Shown piece by piece: positions 27,667-32,871 of a stretch of 35,481 nucleotides of DNA. The stretch is from a virus. Lineage: Duplodnaviria; Heunggongvirae; Uroviricota; Caudoviricetes. The notes beneath the pieces were generated by a model. It was not told the DNA's origin, ran no database searches, and saw only the letters and a list, made by a program, of their open reading frames with translations. Position 1 is the stretch's first letter, and each line of letters opens with the position of its first letter. Where the stretch lies: the IMG/VR virus record IMGVR_UViG_3300033068_001655; one strand, 5' to 3'. The translations under genes and the position numbers were made by a program.

Positions 27667-27763
27667 TTTAAAATCTATTTTATTAACGTCACAGTAAGAT
27701 TTATATTCTTCTGTGACTAAAGTGCGTCCAGCGACTTTTCTCCTTTAGTATTCATATCTATTT

Positions 27764-28537
27764 TTATTTTTTAAAATTATCAATTCTTTCCAATAGTTCC
27801 TCTAATGTTATAGAGGATTTTTTGTTTTTAGATACATTTTCATTATGTATCATTAGTTTACAGTTTGCAGGATGTGATAAAATTTTTGGATCAATACCTA
27901 ACTCAAACCCTTCTTTTACTGATAACATATGATCCCTACTTACACCACCTAAATTATTATTTTTATTTGAAGGTGAATACCAACCATATTTCTCTATAAG
28001 TGAAAAATCAAACTTATCTGGATAATCTGCTAAATTAAACTTGAAGTTCGCTTCTGCTTTATAGATTTTGAAAGCATCCATATCTTTCCTATTGTAATCT
28101 TTTTTACAATTATTGGAACAAAATTTAACCTTTCTTTTATTTGTAAATTTATTATTACACCCCTTACAAATTAAATCATTTAAACCAATTTTACCTTCTT
28201 CCTTTATATTATTATCAATAAGATACTTGTAAATACCCTTTCTTATATTATCACTACGTAATGAGTAATCTTTTTCAGAATTTGTAAATTTTGCAACACA
28301 CGAATGATTACAGTATTTATTACTTCTTTTTGAGAAAGGTATTATTTCACCACATTTACATATTTTAGGTGATTTAAGATACTCTATTTCTTTCAAATTA
28401 CTTTTTTCTTTTATTGTATCTGAGTATTTATCATAGTTTCTTAAATACTTATTTACATAAATGTTTCTACAGGAAAGAGAACAGTAAATTTTTTTACGTT
28501 CCGTTTCATTTTCACACTCTATATTTTTACATTTCAT
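27764..28537 (-). CDS. Zn-finger repeat HNH endonuclease
   Basis: Repeated YCSxxC/FCSxxC; C-terminal SRDHMLSV...HPANCKLMIHNENVSK. Confidence 0.8.
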   Translation of the reverse strand: MKCKNIECENETERKKIYCSLSCRNIYVNKYLRNYDKYSDTIKEKSNLKEIEYLKSPKICKCGEIIPFSKRSNKYCNHSCVAKFTNSEKDYSLRSDNIRKGIYKYLIDNNIKEEGKIGLNDLICKGCNNKFTNKRKVKFCSNNCKKDYNRKDMDAFKIYKAEANFKFNLADYPDKFDFSLIEKYGWYSPSNKNNNLGGVSRDHMLSVKEGFELGIDPKILSHPANCKLMIHNENVSKNKKSSITLEELLERIDNFKK

Positions 28538-28598
28538 ATTTACATATTTATTTTATGTATATATTAAAGTGGAGAGTTTTCCTATCGAACTATATTCG

Positions 28599-28673
28599 TG
28601 GACACAGGGGGAGTCGAACCCACTCATGAAACCTTCCTTGCAAAGGAAGTAGTCTGCCGTTGACTTCTGGCCC
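28599..28673 (-). tRNA. tRNA-Ala(UGC), imperfect acceptor/T stems
   Basis: CTTCC-TTTGCAA-GGAAG arm; G3:U70, A73. Confidence 0.8.
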
Positions 28674-28683
28674 ATTTTTTTTG

Positions 28684-28757
28684 TGGAAAATACCGGGATC
28701 GAACCGGTGACCTCTTATCTGCCAGACAAGCGCTCTAACCATCTGAGCTAATTCCCC
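28684..28757 (-). tRNA. tRNA-Ala(GGC)
   Basis: CTTGT-CTGGCAG-ATAAG arm; G3:U70. Confidence 0.93.
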
Positions 28758-28837
28758 ATTATAATTAAAGTGGTGTATAAAAATTTACATCTAACGTCTT
28801 AGATATAGAGATTTCTATAACTTAAACCACTTATCTG

Positions 28838-28909
28838 AGCGAAAAACGGGGGTTGAACCCGCGACCCCCACCTTGGCAAGGTGGTGCTCTACCACTGAGC
28901 TATTTTCGC
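28838..28909 (-). tRNA. tRNA-Gly(GCC)
   Basis: CCACC-TTGCCAA-GGTGG arm; U73. Confidence 0.96.
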
Positions 28910-28956
28910 CTATTGGAGCCGGACCCTGGGACTAACAGGGAGTCCTCCGGCATGTG

Positions 28957-29029
28957 TGCAGGAGAAGGGAGTCGAACCCTCGTCTGAGCATTGGAAGTGC
29001 CCTATATTTAGCCGTTATACGACTCCTGC
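28957..29029 (-). tRNA. tRNA-Gly(UCC)
   Basis: GGGCA-CTTCCAA-TGCTC arm; A73. Confidence 0.92.
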
Positions 29030-29038
29030 AATTTATTG

Positions 29039-29126
29039 AGCGAGTGACAGGATTCGAACCTGCGACGTGAACCTCATCTGACTGATTTGGAAGACCAGTG
29101 CCATCGACCAACTAGGCGACACTCGC
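29039..29126 (-). tRNA. tRNA-Gly(UCC) with 18-nt variable region
   Basis: CTGGT-CTTCCAA-ATCAG arm; T arm identical to tRNA-Thr at 12-93. Confidence 0.87.
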
Positions 29127-29135
29127 ATATTTTTG

Positions 29136-29216
29136 TAGGCAAGATGGGATTCGAACCCACGTTTTCAAGTTACCGCTACAGGTATAGAATGTATAAGATT
29201 CCACTGCTACTTGCCT
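29136..29216 (-). tRNA. Rearranged tRNA-like RNA, anticodon UAU (Ile-AUA), 81 nt
   Basis: AGGCAAG/CTTGCCT acceptor, GGAAT-CTTATAC-ATTCT arm, D-loop-like AGCGGTA 3' of it, intact T arm. Confidence 0.68.
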
Positions 29217-29222
29217 ATGTTG

Positions 29223-29297
29223 TAGTCTATACGGGATTCGAACCCGTGTCTTACCCGTGAAAGGGGCACGTCCTAGACCTGACTAGACGAATAGACC
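29223..29297 (-). tRNA. tRNA-Glu(UUC)
   Basis: TGCCC-CTTTCAC-GGGTA arm. Confidence 0.93.
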
Positions 29298-29305
29298 ATT
29301 TTTTG

Positions 29306-29379
29306 TACTCTTGACGGGAATCGAACCCGCATTTACATCAGCTTGAGAAGCTGGAGTCCTACCGTTAGACGACAAGAGC
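29306..29379 (-). tRNA. tRNA-Glu(CUC)
   Basis: CAGC-TTCTCAA-GCTG arm. Confidence 0.9.
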
Positions 29380-29388
29380 ATTTTTTTG

Positions 29389-29456
29389 TGGGATGCGAGA
29401 GACTCGAACTCTCCTGCTAGGGTTTTACAGACCCGGCTATCACCATAATCCATCCC
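29389..29456 (-). tRNA. Compact atypical tRNA-Tyr(GUA), 68 nt
   Basis: GGGT-CTGTAAA-ACCC arm, miniature D arm TAT-GGTG-ATA, short variable loop. Confidence 0.65.
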
Positions 29457-29467
29457 GATTATATTTG

Positions 29468-29540
29468 TAGTGTATGTCGGATTCGAACCGACGTCCTCCG
29501 CTTTGAAAAAGCGTAATCCTTACCGCTAGACGAATACACC
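29468..29540 (-). tRNA. tRNA-Glu(UUC)
   Basis: CGCT-TTTTCAA-AGCG arm. Confidence 0.9.
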
Positions 29541-29548
29541 GTATTTTG

Positions 29549-29630
29549 TGGGCAGAGAGGGATTCGAACCCCCGAACTCGAAGAGAACAGATTTACAGTC
29601 TGCCAGCTTTAACCACTTGCATATCTACCC
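29549..29630 (-). tRNA. tRNA-Tyr(GUA)
   Basis: GCAGA-CTGTAAA-TCTGT arm, class II. Confidence 0.95.
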
Positions 29631-29640
29631 ATTATATTTG

Positions 29641-29712
29641 TACTAGTGACGGGACTCGAACCCGCATCTCCCGGTTTGAAAAACCAGTTTCCTGCCATTA
29701 GAAGACACTAGC
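29641..29712 (-). tRNA. tRNA-Glu(UUC)
   Basis: CTGGT-TTTTCAA-ACCGG arm. Confidence 0.88.
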
Positions 29713-29732
29713 ATATTTAATTTTAATTCAAT

Positions 29733-29771
29733 AAAAAAAACCCAATCTGATTTTTAAGTCAGATTGGGTTT
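29733..29771 (-). terminator. Intrinsic terminator/attenuator of the Glu/Tyr/Ile/Gly/Ala operon
   Basis: AAACCCAATCTGA-CTTAAAAA-TCAGATTGGGTTT plus U run; ends 20 nt before tRNA-Glu. Confidence 0.88.
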
Positions 29772-29797
29772 GTTATATAATAATGTGCTTTAACTCA

Positions 29798-29899
29798 TTA
29801 CTTTATAGACATAACGCTACTGACCGATGGTATTCTATACCCCGCTTCATATCCGCCTATGGCTTCTATAGCTATTGTTATGTTAGTAATTGTTGTCAT
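29798..29899 (-). CDS. Putative attenuator leader peptide 3 (33 aa, MTTITNITIAIEAIGGYEAGYRIPSVSSVMSIK)
   Basis: Hand-translated. Codons 9-21 encode only Ile(ATA), Ala, Glu, Gly and Tyr; lies between a promoter and the terminator. Confidence 0.8.
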   Translation of the reverse strand: MTTITNITIAIEAIGGYEAGYRIPSVSSVMSIK

Positions 29900-29968
29900 T
29901 TTTTCTATTTTTTAAATTGTTGTTTTTAATTCTTCTAGTCATTTTTAATGACTCTCGTTCTTCGAGTA

Positions 29969-29999
29969 CAAAGATACGATAAGTTTTTTAACTACCAAA
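29969..29999 (-). promoter_or_regulatory. Bacteroidota-type promoter (TTTG-N19-TATCTTTG) for leader 3
   Basis: -33 element at 29996-29999 and -7 element at 29969-29976. Confidence 0.78.
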
Positions 30000-30026
30000 T
30001 CTTTTTTTAATTTTTTTTATTCTTAG

Positions 30027-30099
30027 TAGCGGGAGAAGGACTCGAACCTCCGACCTCAAGGTTATGAGCCTTGCGAGCTGCCTACTGCTCTATCCCGCG
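30027..30099 (-). tRNA. Initiator-type tRNA-Met(CAU)
   Basis: C1:U72 mismatch; CAAGG-CTCATAA-CCTTG arm. Confidence 0.92.
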
Positions 30100-30113
30100 A
30101 TATATTTTCTTAG

Positions 30114-30184
30114 TAGCGTACTGTGGATTCGAACCACCCCGTAGACCTTATGAGAGTCCCATGCAACCTTTACACTTTAACGCG
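30114..30184 (-). tRNA. Second initiator-like tRNA-Met(CAU), degenerate acceptor
   Basis: C1:U72; GGACT-CTCATAA-GGTCT arm; mismatches at 6:67 and 7:66. Confidence 0.72.
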
Positions 30185-30229
30185 ATATGTGTTTTATAGT
30201 TGTATATATTAAAAAGTTTATCTCTCTTT

Positions 30230-30802
30230 TCAATTTTTTTCAACTTTTTTCATTATTTTTTTAATTTCTTCTTTAGATTTCTCTAAATCAACATTTTCTA
30301 TTACAAAATCTGCTAATTTAGCTTTATCTTCATCAGACCATTGACTTCTTATTCTTTTAAGAACTTCTTCCTTAGTAGTGTTATCTCTACTAATAACTCT
30401 TTCAACTCTTACATCTTCTGGTGCAGTAACTAAAATTGTATAATCACAATCTTTATAAGCACCACTTTCAAATAAAATTGCCGCTTCTTTAACTACAATG
30501 TCATATTGTTTTGACCAGTTGATAAAGTGTTGTCTTACTTTTGGATGAATAATCTCGTTTAACTTTTTAAGATTACTCTCATTTCCGAATACAAAAGTAG
30601 CTAACTTTTTTCTATCTACCAAATTATTTTCGATAATTTCTTCACCAAAAGTTATTCTTAATTCATTTACTACTTTTGGTGTATCAAGTAATTTCTTAGC
30701 TTCATCATCAGCAATATAAATAGGATAACCCAAAGATTCAATATACTTTGTGATTGTTGTCTTACCAGACCCAATACCACCAGTTATACCTACTATTTTC
30801 AT
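30230..30802 (-). CDS. coaE: Dephospho-CoA kinase
   Basis: VGITGGIGSGKTT, IADDEAK, VDRKKLA, IIHPKV, EAAILFE and ADFVIEN motifs. Confidence 0.95.
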   Translation of the reverse strand: MKIVGITGGIGSGKTTITKYIESLGYPIYIADDEAKKLLDTPKVVNELRITFGEEIIENNLVDRKKLATFVFGNESNLKKLNEIIHPKVRQHFINWSKQYDIVVKEAAILFESGAYKDCDYTILVTAPEDVRVERVISRDNTTKEEVLKRIRSQWSDEDKAKLADFVIENVDLEKSKEEIKKIMKKVEKN

Positions 30803-31131
30803 TTTAAAATTTCTTCAATTCTTTCATTTCTCATTGCTTTCAATGATTTATAGATGGCAACAGATTTTGAACCAACTTTATTGTCTGTCTCTTTATAAGA
30901 TGGCCAAGAGTATTTTAAAGGTTCTACTTTAACTGATATGTAGTAAACTCCTAAATTACCTTCATTTACTAATTCTTGTAATACATTCTCAATATTATAA
31001 GAGTAATAATGAAATCCATTTTTTTTAGAATTTTCTACACATCTTAAAATTTCCTGTTTAGAAAATTCTAATAATGATTCTCTTCTAACAATGTCTAATA
31101 CATTGTGTTTTTCTAATCTCTTCCAGTTCAT
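30799..31131 (-). CDS. Hypothetical protein with C-terminal motif
   Basis: Probable start MNWKRLE; ends MRNERIEEILK. Confidence 0.6.
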   Translation of the reverse strand: MNWKRLEKHNVLDIVRRESLLEFSKQEILRCVENSKKNGFHYYSYNIENVLQELVNEGNLGVYYISVKVEPLKYSWPSYKETDNKVGSKSVAIYKSLKAMRNERIEEILK

Positions 31132-31282
31132 ATTCCTAATTTTTAATTTTAGGAAATTACTATCGTGAATTTCTTTAACGCCGCCAGTTGTTAAATCAAC
31201 ACTACAAATATACAACTATATTTTACAATTACAAATTTTATAAATAAATAATTTTAATATATAGTATAAAATATAGTTTAGG

Positions 31283-31963
31283 TTGATGATAAGTAAATTT
31301 TTGAAATTTAATGAAGGTGTATCTGAGGAAGATGTTTTACTTAATTACATAAAAGATGTATTTGCTTATTTATCTGATGATTATAATGTAATTATAGAAA
31401 AGAAAGATAAAGAGATTTTTGTAGAAATAAAAACAATATTGGCGAGCAATGTTATTTGGAAATTAGATGAATATATTGATAAAAGTGTAGTTTGGCAAGA
31501 AGTTATTTTAGATATTGATGTTGCAGTTAAACGAATACAAAGTAGATTTAAAAATATTTCTTATAGTGGTGTTGTAAATACAGTAGGTAATGTTAAGTTG
31601 TCATTCTTATTATTAAATGAAAAATTAATGACATCAAATAATTTATCTATAACAATAGGTAAACAATACTTACTTAAATTATTAGATGATAAAAAAGTTA
31701 AAGATATTGTTATGAAAGATATTGTTATGAATGATATTAACTATGAAAGAAATGAATTAAGAATTTGTTTTAGAGAACAGATTATTCCGGACTATCAAGA
31801 AAAATTTGTAGATAAAGTCACTAAAATATTTAAAGATAATGGTATTGAAGTTTCTGTGAAATCTTATAATCATAGTGTTTATAATCTACCAGTTACTATA
31901 TATCAACCAAGAGATAATAATAAAAATATTTATAAGAGAATAAAAATACAAAATGTAGTTTAA
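31283..31963 (+). CDS. Hypothetical protein, (K)FLKFNE N-terminal family
   Basis: MMISKFLKFNEG...YIKDVFAYLSDD resembles the 7110/7556 paralogs; TTTTAATATATA upstream. Confidence 0.7.
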   Translation: MMISKFLKFNEGVSEEDVLLNYIKDVFAYLSDDYNVIIEKKDKEIFVEIKTILASNVIWKLDEYIDKSVVWQEVILDIDVAVKRIQSRFKNISYSGVVNTVGNVKLSFLLLNEKLMTSNNLSITIGKQYLLKLLDDKKVKDIVMKDIVMNDINYERNELRICFREQIIPDYQEKFVDKVTKIFKDNGIEVSVKSYNHSVYNLPVTIYQPRDNNKNIYKRIKIQNVV

Positions 31964-31965
31964 TT

Positions 31966-32331
31966 ATGGAAAGACCACAAGTAAGAATGATTGAACCTCA
32001 ATCAGAAGAAACTAAACCAGCAAATATTCCTAGTTGGGAAGCCGAACAACTATTAAGAAAGTATGGACATGAACCAGAACAATTTTCAACTCGTCAAGAA
32101 GTACCTCAACATATTGATAATGGTTTAACATTTGATCAAATGATTGCTCAACAAGAAGCTCAAGAAAGAGAAGAACAAATGAGAAAACAACAACAAATGA
32201 ATGGACCTAAACCTATGACATTTGATGGTAATAGAGGATATGATTCAGAAGTTAGATATACATCTGATAATGACTCAGGATTTGGTTTTAAGATTGAAAT
32301 TACAACTGATATGCAATTACCTAGATATTGA
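31966..32331 (+). CDS. Hypothetical Q/E-rich protein
   Basis: 121-aa ORF in the plus-strand block. Confidence 0.7.
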   Translation: MERPQVRMIEPQSEETKPANIPSWEAEQLLRKYGHEPEQFSTRQEVPQHIDNGLTFDQMIAQQEAQEREEQMRKQQQMNGPKPMTFDGNRGYDSEVRYTSDNDSGFGFKIEITTDMQLPRY

Positions 32332-32547
32332 ATCAATTTTCAAATCTCTCATAATCCAATCTTGATTATATATTTTACAAAACTTTTTCATTTCATTGAG
32401 AAAGTTTTCTTCTTTCCATATAATCCAAGTAGAATCTAAGTATTGTAAAACCTCTAATTTTCTTAATTCTGCAGCAAGTTCATATTCACCTATTGTGAAG
32501 AAATGATTTTTATACTCTATTAGTTTTTCTTTATAGTATTCTTTCAT
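32317..32547 (-). CDS. Small UVR-motif protein, paralog B
   Basis: GEYELAAELRKLE; start at an ATGA overlap; ends MRDLKIDSISR. Confidence 0.65.
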   Translation of the reverse strand: MKEYYKEKLIEYKNHFFTIGEYELAAELRKLEVLQYLDSTWIIWKEENFLNEMKKFCKIYNQDWIMRDLKIDSISR

Positions 32548-32804
32548 CGTAATAACCCATTTATTTTTAAATCTCTTAGACAAGACTTTAGATAATTTTT
32601 AGAGTCATCACATATATTGGTGTTTATATATCTTTGTAGTAATATAATAAGATTTTCAATTTTTGGATTTTGTGAGATTTCACCAAATTGTCCCTTAAAT
32701 GTATTTTCAATACTTCTCAATGAGCTAGCAGCATCCCATAATTGCAATTTAACTGCATTACTTTTGATTGTGACTACTAATTCTATTATTTCTTCTTTGC
32801 TCAT
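32544..32804 (-). CDS. Small UVR-motif protein, paralog A
   Basis: QLWDAASSLRSIE; start MSKEEII; ends LRDLKINGLLR. Confidence 0.65.
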   Translation of the reverse strand: MSKEEIIELVVTIKSNAVKLQLWDAASSLRSIENTFKGQFGEISQNPKIENLIILLQRYINTNICDDSKNYLKSCLRDLKINGLLR

Positions 32805-32871
32805 TTTTAATTTACTTAATTTATGACTATTAAATTTAATATATAAGATACAAAATATTTTATATAAAATT

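Noticed and set aside
27714-27722. prfB-type +1 frameshift at CTT-TAG into alaS
   Set aside because: The +1 frame stops after four codons and is not the AlaRS frame.
157-29899. T-box riboswitches as the explanation for the tRNA-operon leaders
   Set aside because: I saw no T-box UGGNACC bulge or Stem I motifs; the leaders are clean ORFs with matched codons.
2077-32826. Antisense ORFs in the track (e.g. 2077, 2404, 2880, 6619, 8900, 9476, 14304, 15141, 15767, 18510, 20286, 24069, 25809, 28414, 30750, 32617) and same-strand alternate-frame ORFs (15346, 20221)
   Set aside because: Most overlap better-supported genes; none shows motifs or promoters of its own.
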